Part shown: in pieces, positions 29,281 through 39,812 of the stretch
Numbering within the stretch: the first letter of the stretch is position 1
Layout: the number at the start of each line of letters is the position of its first letter
Source of the DNA: Bacteroidales bacterium
GTDB taxonomy: Bacteria; Bacteroidota; Bacteroidia; Bacteroidales; UBA11471
Direction: 5' to 3'
Assembly: GCA_045606385.1 (NCBI GenBank)
Contig: JAZURX010000022.1
Coordinates: 11,112 to 75,111 of the forward strand
Length of the DNA stretch: 64,000 bases
Program-made: the position numbers and the translations under genes
The notes under the pieces: model-generated
Database searches by the model: none
What the model saw: only the letters and a program-made list of their open reading frames with translations
Told to the model about the DNA's origin: nothing

Positions 29281-32079
29281 ATGAAAAGTAGAATTATAAA
29301 AATACTTGTTTGTGTAGGTGGTATGCTGGCTGTTTCGGAGATGGTCAATGCGCAGTTTCCCGCGTGGCCCGAAGTAGAAATCGTAGCAAAGCCCGGAGCA
29401 CGTTGGTGGTGGCTTGGCAGTGCTGTCGATAGTGCAAATATTACCTATAATATGACCAAGTATGCTTGTGCGGGAATAGGAACACTCGAAATTACTCCTA
29501 TATATGGTGTAAAAAATAATGAAGCCAATGATATAGAATATTTGTCACCTCGTTGGATGCAAATGTATTCTCATGTCTATAACGAAGGAAAGCGTCTCGG
29601 TATCAATATTGATATGAATGGAGGAACTGGGTGGCCGTTTGGAGGACCGGAAGTGAGTGTTGAAGATGCTGCCTCCAAAGTAATCTTCCAAAAATATCAT
29701 TTATCGAGAGGACAGAAATTGACAGAACCAATAGTTGTCAATGATAAAAAACAAAAAGATGTGGCCTATCTTTCGCGTCTTATGGCTTACACTAAGACGG
29801 GGAAATGCATAGATGTTACTGCACGTGTCGATAAGACCACGGGAAATCTTGAATGGATAGCACCAGCAACCGATGATTGTGAGTTGGTTGCCGTTTTTGT
29901 AGGAAAGACATTCCAAAAAGTAAAACGGGCTGCACCCGGTGGCGAAGGTTATGTAATGAATCATTTCTCCAAAAATACGGTGGCAAAATATTTCAAGCGA
30001 TTTGATCAGGCTTTTGCTAATACCAAGTCGCCATGGCCTATGACATTCTTCAATGATTCGTATGAAGTGTATGGTGCAGATTGGACTCCCGACCTATTTG
30101 AGCAGTTTGCCCGTAGACGTGGCTATAAACTCGAAAATCATTTGTTGACCTTTATAGGGGAAAAATGTGATGAACGTGCCCGCCTTATATCCGATTATAG
30201 AGAGACAATAGCCGAGTTGCTCGAAGAGAATTTTACTCGACAATGGACCGAATGGGCGCACAAGCATGGCGCGTTGACCCGTAATCAAGCTCATGGTTCA
30301 CCCGGCAATCTCATAGACCTATATGCAACGGTCGATATTCCAGAGTGTGAAGGATTCGGTATTACCAACTTTAATATCAAAGGATTGCGTCGCGACTCGG
30401 TGACAAAGGCCAATGATTCGGATTTTTCAATGCTTAAATATGCTTCGTCGGGAGCACATATCGCAGGAAAGCCCTACGTTTCGTCGGAGACATTTACCTG
30501 GCTTACCGAACATTTTCGCACATCGCTCTCGCAATGTAAGCCCGATGTGGATTTGATGTTTGCAGCCGGTGTAAACCATATGTTTTTCCACGGAACTCCA
30601 TACTCTCCTCGTGAAGCAGAATGGCCCGGGTGGCTGTTTTATGCGTCGATTAATATGTCGCCTACAAACACGATATGGCGTGACGCTTCAGAACTGTTTA
30701 CCTATATAACTCGATGTCAGTCGTTTTTGCAAATGGGAACACCCGATAATGATTTTCTGGTATATCTTCCGGTGTATGATATGTGGTATGAACACCAAGG
30801 TCGGGGGTTAGGATTGTCGTTCGACATACACGGTATGGCCAAGCGAGCACCTCATTTTATAGGAGTGGTGAATGAAATCACAAATTCGGGATACGATGTC
30901 GACTATATCTCCGATGATTTCGTCCGAACGACACGTTGCAGTAATGGAAAATTACTTACCTCGGGGGGGGCGGCTTATAAAGCGATAATTTTACCGGCGG
31001 TAAAATTAATGCCGGAAGATGTTTTGAAACATCTCCTTGCATTGGCAAAGCAGGGTGCTACACTCGTTTTTGTCGATAATTATCCGCAAGATGTGCCGGG
31101 ATATACCTCTCTCGAAGAACGTCGCAAATCGTTTGCGAAAATATCTCAACAACTGCCCGTGATTGAGAATTTTGATAATGAGAAAGTGCTGGTTTACGGT
31201 AAGGGGCGTATAATAACAGGCAGTAATTATGCACGTGTACTCCAATTGACCGGCGTTGAAAGTGAGGAAATAAAAACAAAATATGGTGCATACTTTATAC
31301 GTCGCAACAACGACAACGGCCATCATTACTTTATTGCCTCATTGCAAAACAAAGGTATAGAGGGCTGGGTTACACCGGCTGTCGACGGAAATTCGGTTGC
31401 TATATACGATCCTGTATCGGGTCGCTCGGGTATGGCGGCTATACGCCGTATCGATGGAAAATTGCAATATTATTTACAATTGAAATCGGGCGAGTCGGCC
31501 ATCGTAGTTGTGAATGATACCAAAATCGATGCATCTCCATGGAAATATTACGATGCACAGCCTGTGAGCTTGTCGCTTGATAGGGGTTGGACGTTGGAAT
31601 TTGTGGAGAGTACCCCTCATATCGAAGGCGCTTTTGCGATTGATACTTTGGGCTCATGGACAGAACTCATGGTGCCCGAGGCTAAAGTCAATAGTGGTGT
31701 GGCATGTTATAAAAATACGTTTATACTGCCTGATATGGAGGCCGATGAGTGGATTCTCGACCTCGGTGATGTGCGTGAAAGTGCCCGAGTAGCCATCAAT
31801 GGTAATGAGGTGGCAACATTGTGGTCAGTGCCTTTTGCGACCTATGTCAAGGCATATCTTCAAAAAGGTGAAAACACTATTGAAGTAGAGGTTACTAATC
31901 TGCCGGCAAACCGCATTGCCGAATATGACCGTCGAGGAATTGAGTGGCGCCGATTCAAAGATGCCAATATCAACAATCTCGGATACAAAAAAGGAAAATA
32001 CGGACATTGGGCACCTATTCATAGTGGCTTACTTGGTCCGGTGCGTCTTATCCCCGTTTCCCATAAACAATTGAAATAA
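29281..32079 (+). CDS. GH106 alpha-L-rhamnosidase
   Basis: PGARWWWLGSAV, LEITPIYG, GTGWPFGGP, FFNDSYEV, RNQAHGSP and SSETFTWL motifs. Confidence 0.9.
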   Translation: MKSRIIKILVCVGGMLAVSEMVNAQFPAWPEVEIVAKPGARWWWLGSAVDSANITYNMTKYACAGIGTLEITPIYGVKNNEANDIEYLSPRWMQMYSHVYNEGKRLGINIDMNGGTGWPFGGPEVSVEDAASKVIFQKYHLSRGQKLTEPIVVNDKKQKDVAYLSRLMAYTKTGKCIDVTARVDKTTGNLEWIAPATDDCELVAVFVGKTFQKVKRAAPGGEGYVMNHFSKNTVAKYFKRFDQAFANTKSPWPMTFFNDSYEVYGADWTPDLFEQFARRRGYKLENHLLTFIGEKCDERARLISDYRETIAELLEENFTRQWTEWAHKHGALTRNQAHGSPGNLIDLYATVDIPECEGFGITNFNIKGLRRDSVTKANDSDFSMLKYASSGAHIAGKPYVSSETFTWLTEHFRTSLSQCKPDVDLMFAAGVNHMFFHGTPYSPREAEWPGWLFYASINMSPTNTIWRDASELFTYITRCQSFLQMGTPDNDFLVYLPVYDMWYEHQGRGLGLSFDIHGMAKRAPHFIGVVNEITNSGYDVDYISDDFVRTTRCSNGKLLTSGGAAYKAIILPAVKLMPEDVLKHLLALAKQGATLVFVDNYPQDVPGYTSLEERRKSFAKISQQLPVIENFDNEKVLVYGKGRIITGSNYARVLQLTGVESEEIKTKYGAYFIRRNNDNGHHYFIASLQNKGIEGWVTPAVDGNSVAIYDPVSGRSGMAAIRRIDGKLQYYLQLKSGESAIVVVNDTKIDASPWKYYDAQPVSLSLDRGWTLEFVESTPHIEGAFAIDTLGSWTELMVPEAKVNSGVACYKNTFILPDMEADEWILDLGDVRESARVAINGNEVATLWSVPFATYVKAYLQKGENTIEVEVTNLPANRIAEYDRRGIEWRRFKDANINNLGYKKGKYGHWAPIHSGLLGPVRLIPVSHKQLK

Positions 32080-32107
32080 TTATAACATAATATATCAAAT
32101 ATCAAAA

Positions 32108-33637
32108 ATGAAGAGACACAATTATTTGCTTGCAATAGCATGCTTTTGCGTTCTTTGCGCTTGTCAATCTCCTGCCGATAAATATGCGGCATTGTATGAA
32201 AATTTACCTTTTGAAATGCCTGTTGTTAAGGCTCCGACATTCCCCGATTATTCGGTTTGTTTGAAGGATTTCGGCGCTATCGGTAATGGCGAATTTCTGT
32301 GTACTGAGGCGTTTGCCAATGCTATCGATGCTCTCGACCAAAAAGGTGGTGGGCATCTTATAGTACCTGCCGGCGTGTGGTTTACAGGGCCGATTGTGTT
32401 GAAGAGTAATATCGACTTGCACCTCGAAAAAGGGGCTGTGATACTATTCTCTCCCGATGTTGATTTGTATCCACTTGTAGAAACTGTGTTTGAAGGGCTT
32501 GATACCCGCCGTTGTCAGTCGCCTATTTCGGGCCGTAATCTCGAGAATGTGGCAATTACAGGCGAAGGAGCCATAGATGGTAATGGCCATTATTGGCGTC
32601 CGTTGAAAAAAGAAAAAGTGACTGAGAAACAATGGAAAGAGGCAACAGCTCGTGGAGGTGTATACAAGCGTCCTACATACTGGTTCCCATATGCTGAGTC
32701 GTTGAAAGGCGATCAAATTAGTAATATGAATGTGCCTCAAGGGTTGACTACTGATGAAGAGTGGTACAGTGTCCGTCATTTCTTGCGCCCCGTGATGGTA
32801 AGCCTTATCGAGTGTAAGAATGTGTGGTTACAGGGGGTTATATTCCAAAATTCTCCGGCATGGAATATTCACCCTTTGATGTGCGAAAATGTACTTATTG
32901 AGGAGGTACAAGTGCGTAATCCGAGTTATTCTCAGAATGGAGACGGTCTCGATCTCGAATCGTGTAAAAACGCCTTGATTGTAAATTCTACTTTCGATGT
33001 GGGAGATGACGGAATATGTCTCAAGAGCGGTAAAGATGCTGATGGTCGACGTCGTGCCCGCGTGTGTGAAAATGTCGTGGTCGATGGTTGTACAGTATTC
33101 AAAGGCCACGGAGGTTTTGTTGTCGGAAGTGAAATGAGTGGCGGTGTACGCAATGTGTCGGTAAGCAATTGCCAATTCCTCGGTACTGATGTTGGTTTGC
33201 GATTCAAAAGTGCTCGAGGTCGCGGAGGTGTCGTCGAAAATATTTGGATTACAAATATCTCTATGATGGATATTCCCACCGACCCTATTACATTCAATCT
33301 TTACTATGGAGGTAAATCGGCCGTAGAGGTACTCGAGAGTGGCGAAAGCGTTCCGGCAAAAGTAGAGGCTCTCCCCGTAGATGAGACCACGCCTTGTTTC
33401 CGAGATATTCATATCAAAAACATTGTTTGTGCCGGAGCTCGACGTGCCTTGCACTTCAATGGAATTCCCGAGATGCCCATCGATGGCATTACACTCGAGA
33501 ATTTGGATATATCATCAACTCTCGGAGCGGAATTTGCATATAGCAAAAATATAACTTTGAAGAATGTGAATATTCGTAATGCTCAAGGAGAAAAAATGAG
33601 AACAAATTATTGTGAATCGGTGACGATAATAGATTAA
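32108..33637 (+). CDS. GH28 (rhamno)galacturonidase, probable lipoprotein
   Basis: NGDG, GDD, GHGG and RFK catalytic motifs; VLCA-C lipobox-like sequence. Confidence 0.92.
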   Translation: MKRHNYLLAIACFCVLCACQSPADKYAALYENLPFEMPVVKAPTFPDYSVCLKDFGAIGNGEFLCTEAFANAIDALDQKGGGHLIVPAGVWFTGPIVLKSNIDLHLEKGAVILFSPDVDLYPLVETVFEGLDTRRCQSPISGRNLENVAITGEGAIDGNGHYWRPLKKEKVTEKQWKEATARGGVYKRPTYWFPYAESLKGDQISNMNVPQGLTTDEEWYSVRHFLRPVMVSLIECKNVWLQGVIFQNSPAWNIHPLMCENVLIEEVQVRNPSYSQNGDGLDLESCKNALIVNSTFDVGDDGICLKSGKDADGRRRARVCENVVVDGCTVFKGHGGFVVGSEMSGGVRNVSVSNCQFLGTDVGLRFKSARGRGGVVENIWITNISMMDIPTDPITFNLYYGGKSAVEVLESGESVPAKVEALPVDETTPCFRDIHIKNIVCAGARRALHFNGIPEMPIDGITLENLDISSTLGAEFAYSKNITLKNVNIRNAQGEKMRTNYCESVTIID

Positions 33638-33645
33638 ATTTAATA

Positions 33646-33681
33646 CGAAAAGGTGTCTCTGTCAGAAAAGACACCTTTTCG
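33646..33681 (+). terminator. Stem-loop just after the GH28 stop
   Basis: Perfect 13-bp CGAAAAGGTGTCT / AGACACCTTTTCG. No U-tail outside the stem. Confidence 0.6.
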
Positions 33682-33724
33682 GTCAAAAACAATATGCGAT
33701 TTCTCTAAGAAATCGCTATTTTTG
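33661..33724 (+). promoter_or_regulatory. rha operon promoter region: phased direct repeat, palindrome and -7 element
   Basis: GTCAGAAA (33661) and GTCAAAAA (33682) 21 bp apart; GCGATTTCT-CTA-AGAAATCGC (33696-33716); TATTTTTG (33717-33724). Confidence 0.55.
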
Positions 33725-33754
33725 TATCGTCTAATAATGCTAAAAGCTATTACT

Positions 33755-35236
33755 ATGAGTATACACAACTTTTTTGCCGTGGATTTGGGCGCAACCAGTG
33801 GACGTACTATTTTGGGTACCTTGGTCAACGGGAAAATGGAAATGAGAGAAATTTCTCGTTTTGCCAACCCTATAATTGAGACAGGAGGGCATTTCTATTG
33901 GGATATATATGCATTGTATCTCGAAATTATCAAAGGCCTAAAAATTGTGTCTCGCGAAGGTATCTCCATCGAATCGATTGGTATCGATACTTGGGGAGTA
34001 GACTTTGTAATGATAGGTAAAGATGGTGCTATATTGCGTAATCCTTATTGCTATCGTGATCCTCATACAGTAGGCGCAATCGAAGAGTATTTTACACATA
34101 TTCCCGGTGAACGTGTGTATGAGCTGACGGGAATCCAATTCCTCAATTTCAACTCATTATTTCAACTCTCGACATTACATCGCAATCATTGCTCAGCACT
34201 CGAAGCCGCCGATAAAATACTGTTTATGCCCGATGCCCTCAGCTATATGCTGACCGGCAAAATGGTGACAGAGTATACCATCGCATCGACCTCGCAAATA
34301 CTTAATCCCTGGACAAAAGAATTTGAACAAGAATTGCTCGATGTTGCCGGAGTGAAAAAAGGACAATTTGCACCGTTTGTATATCCAGGTGAAAAAATCG
34401 GCGTACTTACACCCGAGGTACAGAAATTGACCGGTCTCGGAGCAATACCTGTAATAGCTGTAGCGGGTCATGATACAGCTTCTGCGGTAGCGGCTGTGCC
34501 TGCTCGCGATGAACATTTTGCATATCTTAGCTCAGGAACATGGTCGTTGATGGGTATCGAAGTAAAAGATGCAATAATCAATCGCGATAGTTTCGAAATG
34601 AATTTTACCAACGAAGGTGGTATAGAGGGAACAACCCGATTCTTGAAAAATATATGTGGAATGTGGTTGCTCGAACAATGCAGACGTGAATGGTCGGCGG
34701 CCGGAAACGATTATTCTTACCCCGAGTTGATAGCTGCTGCCGAGGCTGCACCGGCCTTCCGTAGTATTATTAATCCCGATTCTCCATGTTTTGCAAATCC
34801 TGTGTCGATGACCGAGGCTATATGCATGTATTGTAGAGAGACCGCACAGCCCGAACCTCGTAATTATGGTGAGTTTACTCGTTGTATTTTCGAAAGTTTG
34901 CCTTTGCGTTATCGTCAAGTATTTGGCTATTTATGCAATATGGCTCCTTTTGCAATTAATCGATTGCATGTTATTGGTGGTGGTTCTCGAAATAATCTGC
35001 TGAATCAGAATACCAGCAATGCTCTTGGTGTAGAAGTACTTGCAGGCCCATCAGAAGGAACTGCCATCGGTAATATTATGTTGCAGGCCAAAGCTGTAGG
35101 TGATGTGGCCGATATAAAAGAGATGCGTGACATTATTGCACGGTCGATAGAATCATCAACCTTTATGCCCGAAGACAAAGAAACTTGGGATAAAGCCTAT
35201 GAATCATATCTCGCAGTGTATAGAGAAGATATATAA
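33755..35236 (+). CDS. rhaB: Rhamnulokinase
   Basis: AVDLGATSGR, IGIDTWGVD, GHDTASAV, SSGTWSLMG, FTNEGG and IGGGSRN; lies upstream of rhaA. Start moved to ATG 33755 (33737 is an alternative). Confidence 0.92.
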   Translation: MSIHNFFAVDLGATSGRTILGTLVNGKMEMREISRFANPIIETGGHFYWDIYALYLEIIKGLKIVSREGISIESIGIDTWGVDFVMIGKDGAILRNPYCYRDPHTVGAIEEYFTHIPGERVYELTGIQFLNFNSLFQLSTLHRNHCSALEAADKILFMPDALSYMLTGKMVTEYTIASTSQILNPWTKEFEQELLDVAGVKKGQFAPFVYPGEKIGVLTPEVQKLTGLGAIPVIAVAGHDTASAVAAVPARDEHFAYLSSGTWSLMGIEVKDAIINRDSFEMNFTNEGGIEGTTRFLKNICGMWLLEQCRREWSAAGNDYSYPELIAAAEAAPAFRSIINPDSPCFANPVSMTEAICMYCRETAQPEPRNYGEFTRCIFESLPLRYRQVFGYLCNMAPFAINRLHVIGGGSRNNLLNQNTSNALGVEVLAGPSEGTAIGNIMLQAKAVGDVADIKEMRDIIARSIESSTFMPEDKETWDKAYESYLAVYREDI

Positions 35237-35263
35237 TAATCAAATATAATATAATCTAAAATC

Positions 35264-36517
35264 ATGAAAGAAAATCTTATTCTCCAAGCTTATGAAATAG
35301 CGAAAGAACGCTATGCATCTATCGGTATAGATACCGATAAAGTATTAGAGCAATTGCAAGACTTCCATTTGAGTATGCACTGCTGGCAGGCCGATGATGT
35401 AAAAGGTTTTGAAGTTCAAGCCGGTGCTATGTCGGGTGGTATACAGTCTACCGGTGATTTCCCCGGTGCTGCCCGCAATATCGATGAATTGCGTTCTGAT
35501 GTACTCAAGGCAAAATCGCTTATTCCCGGTACACATCGTCTCAATCTGCATGAAATTTATGGCGATTTCAAAGGTAAGGTTGTAGATCGTGATGAGGTAA
35601 CCGTCGAATATTTCCAATCTTGGATCGACTGGGCCAAAGAAAATAATACTTTGCTCGACTTCAACTCTTCGTCGTTCTCTCACCCCAAGAGTGGTAGTCT
35701 TACACTCTCTAATCCCGATAAAGGTATCCGTGAATTTTGGATCGAACACACTAAACGTTGCCGTGATATTGCCAACGCTATGGGTGAAGCTCAAAATGAT
35801 CCTTGTATCATGAACTTGTGGGTGCATGATGGTTGCAAAGACGTAAGCGTAAATCATGCATTGTATCGTAATCTTTTGAAACAATCGCTCGACGAGATAT
35901 TCGAGAAAGAACAACCCATGATGAAAGATTGTATCGAAGGCAAGGTGTTTGGTATAGGATTGGAAAGCTTTACTGTAGGTTCGCATGATTTCTATACTGC
36001 ATACGCATCTAAGTATGACAAGATTCTTACCATTGATACCGGTCACTATCACCCTACAGAGTCTCCTGCCGACAAAGTAAGTGCTGTATTACCCTTTGTT
36101 AAAGAGCTTATGTTGCACGTTTCGCGTCCTGTTCGTTGGGATTCGGATCATGTGACCATTATGGACGATCCCACACAAGAATTGTTCTTCGAAATCGTAC
36201 GTGCCGGAGCTCTCGATCGTGTGCACTACGGACTCGATTTCTTCGACGGCTCTATCAACCGTATTGGCGCTTACGTTATCGGTTCTCGTTCGGCTCAGAA
36301 ATGTATGCTTCGTGCCTTACTCGAACCTCGCGAACTTATTTCGAGACTCGAGATTGCAGGAGAAGGCTATAAAGTTCTTGCTCTTATTGAAGAACAAAAG
36401 GCAATGCCTTGGAATGCAGTATATGATATGTTCTGCTTGAAAAATAATGTTCCTGTTGGCGACGAGTTTATAGCAGAAATCGAAAAGTACGAACGTGACG
36501 TTACTTCTAAGAGATAA
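35264..36517 (+). CDS. rhaA: L-rhamnose isomerase
   Basis: SMHCWQADDV.GFE, RLNLH, GSHDFY, DTGHYHPTE and LHVSRPVRWDSDHV. Confidence 0.96.
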   Translation: MKENLILQAYEIAKERYASIGIDTDKVLEQLQDFHLSMHCWQADDVKGFEVQAGAMSGGIQSTGDFPGAARNIDELRSDVLKAKSLIPGTHRLNLHEIYGDFKGKVVDRDEVTVEYFQSWIDWAKENNTLLDFNSSSFSHPKSGSLTLSNPDKGIREFWIEHTKRCRDIANAMGEAQNDPCIMNLWVHDGCKDVSVNHALYRNLLKQSLDEIFEKEQPMMKDCIEGKVFGIGLESFTVGSHDFYTAYASKYDKILTIDTGHYHPTESPADKVSAVLPFVKELMLHVSRPVRWDSDHVTIMDDPTQELFFEIVRAGALDRVHYGLDFFDGSINRIGAYVIGSRSAQKCMLRALLEPRELISRLEIAGEGYKVLALIEEQKAMPWNAVYDMFCLKNNVPVGDEFIAEIEKYERDVTSKR

Positions 36518-36539
36518 TTAAACAAAATTATTATCCCAA

Positions 36540-36579
36540 AAAAGGTTTATGGTAGGAGATTTCCTGCCACAAACCTTTT
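36540..36579 (+). terminator. Intra-operon hairpin between rhaA and rhaT
   Basis: AAAAGGTTTaTGGTAGGA / TCCTGCCAcAAACCTTTT long stem with one mismatch. Confidence 0.65.
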
Positions 36580-36596
36580 AACCGTATATAAAGATT

Positions 36597-37631
36597 ATGG
36601 AAATAGTAATAGGACTTTTAATTATTGCCGTAGGTGCATTCTGCCAGTCGAGTAGCTATGTACCTATCAATCGTATCAAGCAATGGAGTTGGGAATCGTA
36701 CTGGATTGTACAAGGCGTTTTTGCTTGGCTTGTCTTCCCGATTTTGGGGGCCTTACTTGCTGTGCCTGCCGGCCACTCATTGTGTGAGTTGTTTACTTCC
36801 GAGAATACTTTTAGCATATTTATGACCATATTATTTGGCGCATTATGGGGTATCGGAGGTCTTACATTCGGACTATCTATGCGTTACCTTGGTGTTGCGC
36901 TTGGTCAAAGTATCGCATTGGGAACGTGCTCGGGGTTGGGTACGGTTTTGGGCCCTGTGATGCTTCATGTTTTCTATCCCGAAGCAAATCATCTGCAAAG
37001 TCTTACCGCTGCTGTAATTATTGGCGTCGTGGTGATGTTGTTAGGTATTGCCATTATAGGTTATGCAGGTTCTTTGAAGGCTGCTTCACTCTCTGAAGAA
37101 GAGAAAAAGGCTGCTGTAAAAGATTTTAATTTTCCAAAAGGTATTGCGATTGCTTTATTGGCCGGTTTTATGAGCGGTTGTTTCAATGTCGGCCTTTCTT
37201 TTGGCGGAGAATTGCATTTTGCCGAGACGGGAGATATGTACAAAACTCTTCCTGCAACAATGTTGGTAACTTTCGGTGGATTCTTTACTAATGCGATTTA
37301 TTGTTTCTATCAAAATGCAAAGAACCATACATGGAGCGATTATAGAAATGGAAGTGTATGGGGGAATAACCTCGTGTTCTGTGCATTGGCAGGACTTTTA
37401 TGGTATAGTCAATTCTTTGGATTGAGTCTCGGTAAAGGATTCCTTACATCGTCTCCGGCTCTTATGACATTTGCTTGGTGTATACTTATGGCATTGAATG
37501 TAACATTCTCTAATGTATGGGGTATTATACTTAAAGAGTGGAAGGGTTGCTCATCTAAGACTATTGCCGTTCTGTTGGTCGGTATTGTAGTTCTTATCAT
37601 TTCGACATTCCTCCCCGAACTGCTTAAATAA
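36597..37631 (+). CDS. rhaT: L-rhamnose/proton symporter
   Basis: About 10 hydrophobic segments; WSWESYW, GALWGIGGLTFGLSMRYLG and WGIILKEW. Confidence 0.95.
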   Translation: MEIVIGLLIIAVGAFCQSSSYVPINRIKQWSWESYWIVQGVFAWLVFPILGALLAVPAGHSLCELFTSENTFSIFMTILFGALWGIGGLTFGLSMRYLGVALGQSIALGTCSGLGTVLGPVMLHVFYPEANHLQSLTAAVIIGVVVMLLGIAIIGYAGSLKAASLSEEEKKAAVKDFNFPKGIAIALLAGFMSGCFNVGLSFGGELHFAETGDMYKTLPATMLVTFGGFFTNAIYCFYQNAKNHTWSDYRNGSVWGNNLVFCALAGLLWYSQFFGLSLGKGFLTSSPALMTFAWCILMALNVTFSNVWGIILKEWKGCSSKTIAVLLVGIVVLIISTFLPELLK

Positions 37632-37660
37632 AATTATATAACCGTAATAATGATATAGTT

Positions 37661-38470
37661 ATGAAATCAATATTAGACGGACGTGCCGCTCTTGCGGCTG
37701 AAGTAAACAAAGTGGCTGAGGTTGCCGGTTATTTGTGGCAAAAAGGTTGGGCCGAACGTAATGGCGGTAATATCACTATTAATATTACCGAGTATGTCGA
37801 CGACGAGATTCGTAGTATGCCCGCTATTGGCCCCGTAACCCCTATCGGTACTACTTTACCTAATATCAAAGGTTGCTATTTCTACTGCAAAGGTACTAAT
37901 AAACGTATGCGAGACTTGGCTCGTTGGCCGATGGAAAACGGCTCTGTAATTCGCATTCTCGATGATTGTGCAAGCTATGAAATTATTGCCGACAATGTTG
38001 TAAAGCCTACTTCAGAGCTCCCGGCGCATCTTTCTATGCACAATTTTCTTATTGGTAAAGGTTCATCTTATAAGGCTTCATTGCATACTCACCCGATCGA
38101 ATTGGTGGCGATGAGTCATAATCCCATATATCTCGAAAAAGATGTTCTCACACGTCTTTTGTGGAGTATGATTCCTGAAACTAAGGCTTTCTGTCCTCGT
38201 GGTTTGGGTATCATTCCTTATAAACTGCCCAGTTCGGTAGAACTGGCCGAGGCAACAATAAAGGAACTTGACGATTACGATGTAGTAATGTGGGAAAAAC
38301 ACGGTGTTTGTGCTGTCGGTGAGGATATTATGGATGCATTTGACCAAGTAGATGTGTTGTGTAAGTCGGCTCAAATCTATATAAATGCACGTTGCATGGG
38401 ATTTGAACCCGAAGGTATGAGCGATGAACAAATGAAAGAGATGACCGTAGCATTCAATCTCCCCAAGTAA
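37661..38470 (+). CDS. rhaD: Rhamnulose-1-phosphate aldolase
   Basis: GWAERNGGNI, PTSELPAH, HTHP and WEKHG class II aldolase motifs. Confidence 0.95.
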   Translation: MKSILDGRAALAAEVNKVAEVAGYLWQKGWAERNGGNITINITEYVDDEIRSMPAIGPVTPIGTTLPNIKGCYFYCKGTNKRMRDLARWPMENGSVIRILDDCASYEIIADNVVKPTSELPAHLSMHNFLIGKGSSYKASLHTHPIELVAMSHNPIYLEKDVLTRLLWSMIPETKAFCPRGLGIIPYKLPSSVELAEATIKELDDYDVVMWEKHGVCAVGEDIMDAFDQVDVLCKSAQIYINARCMGFEPEGMSDEQMKEMTVAFNLPK

Positions 38471-38491
38471 AAAATATTCAATTATAGTAGT

Positions 38492-39802
38492 ATGAAGAAG
38501 TTATCATTATTGGTAATGCTTTTGGCTGTGATATTTTCGGCTTTTGCGGCTGCGCCCAAAAAGCGCACTGCAAAAGATGTTGCAGTGGTTATGGCCGATC
38601 GTATTATCGAAAGCACTACATACCAATTCAAAAATACCGAAACCAATGAGACATTCGGCACTGTAAAAAAACAGAAAGTCGATGATCCTATCAAGGTGGC
38701 ATGTAAGTACAACGACTGGCATTATACCAACGGAGTATTGCATATAGCTATGCTCGAATTGGCTGAAAAACTCGGCGATAAGAAATATGAGGATTATGTG
38801 TTGAAAAACATGAATTTTGTATTCAATGAAGGGAATCTCGACTATTTCAAAAAGAAGTTTGATAAAGCTTTGGAACAAGGTGGCTGGATGGCCGTGCGCA
38901 AAGTGAGTTGGCACATGATTTTCCGTGGAAAACGTCTCGATGATAATGGCCCCATGGGAGCATCGCTTATCGATTTGCAAATGCGCTTACCAAAACCTGA
39001 TAAGGCTTTTCAAGCCTATATCGACGAAACTGCCGATCACCTCAATTATGCAGAGCCTCGTCTTATCGATGGTACTATAGCGCGTCTGTGGCCGCATGAA
39101 AATACCGTATGGGCCGATGACCTCTTTATGGCGGTATCTTTCCTCTGTCGTATGGGCGAAATGACCGGCGACATGAAGTACTTTGATGATGCTGCCAATC
39201 AAGTTCTGCAGTATAATAAATATTTGTGGTGTCCCGAAAAGCAGATTTATTACCATTGCTATCACACCGATACCGATGAGCATGGCGTGGCGCATTGGTC
39301 TCGTGCCAATGGTTGGATGCTTATGGCGCAAGTTGATTTATTGACCCGTCTGCCCGAAAATCACCCGCAACGTGCCGCTTTGTTGCGTAATTTTCAGCAA
39401 CAAGTGAGTGGCGTATGTCGTTATCAGGGTAAAAATGGTTTGTGGCATCAGCTCCTCGACAAAACCGATTCATATGATGAGGTTACAGGTACCGCCATGT
39501 TTACATTTGCTATTGCCCGCGGTGTGAAAAATGGTTGGATTCATAAAGATTTTATCTATGTCGCCGAGCAGGGTCTTAAAGGTATGCTTACCAAGATTTC
39601 TGAAGCGGGAGATCTCGAGGCAATATGTGTTGGTACAGGTATAATGCCTTCATTATCGTATTATTATAATCGTCCTACGCAAAAGAATGACCCGATGGGT
39701 GAAGGTCCGGTTTTGCGTGCGTTGATAGAAATGATGGATGCAAAAAAATACACTGAAATCAAAGCAGAACAACAATACGATCGTATTGTCGTCAAGAAAT
39801 AG
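38492..39802 (+). CDS. GH105 unsaturated rhamnogalacturonyl hydrolase, signal peptide
   Basis: DWHYTNG, LDDNG, WADDLFM, WSRANGW, GLWHQLLD and ICVGT motifs. Confidence 0.9.
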   Translation: MKKLSLLVMLLAVIFSAFAAAPKKRTAKDVAVVMADRIIESTTYQFKNTETNETFGTVKKQKVDDPIKVACKYNDWHYTNGVLHIAMLELAEKLGDKKYEDYVLKNMNFVFNEGNLDYFKKKFDKALEQGGWMAVRKVSWHMIFRGKRLDDNGPMGASLIDLQMRLPKPDKAFQAYIDETADHLNYAEPRLIDGTIARLWPHENTVWADDLFMAVSFLCRMGEMTGDMKYFDDAANQVLQYNKYLWCPEKQIYYHCYHTDTDEHGVAHWSRANGWMLMAQVDLLTRLPENHPQRAALLRNFQQQVSGVCRYQGKNGLWHQLLDKTDSYDEVTGTAMFTFAIARGVKNGWIHKDFIYVAEQGLKGMLTKISEAGDLEAICVGTGIMPSLSYYYNRPTQKNDPMGEGPVLRALIEMMDAKKYTEIKAEQQYDRIVVKK

Positions 39803-39812
39803 TTAACGTTGT

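Noticed and set aside
30963-30970. G8 homopolymer inside GH106 as a phase-variation tract
   Set aside because: It is in frame and encodes part of Ser-Gly-Gly-Ala; a single 8-mer run in 64 kb is not surprising.
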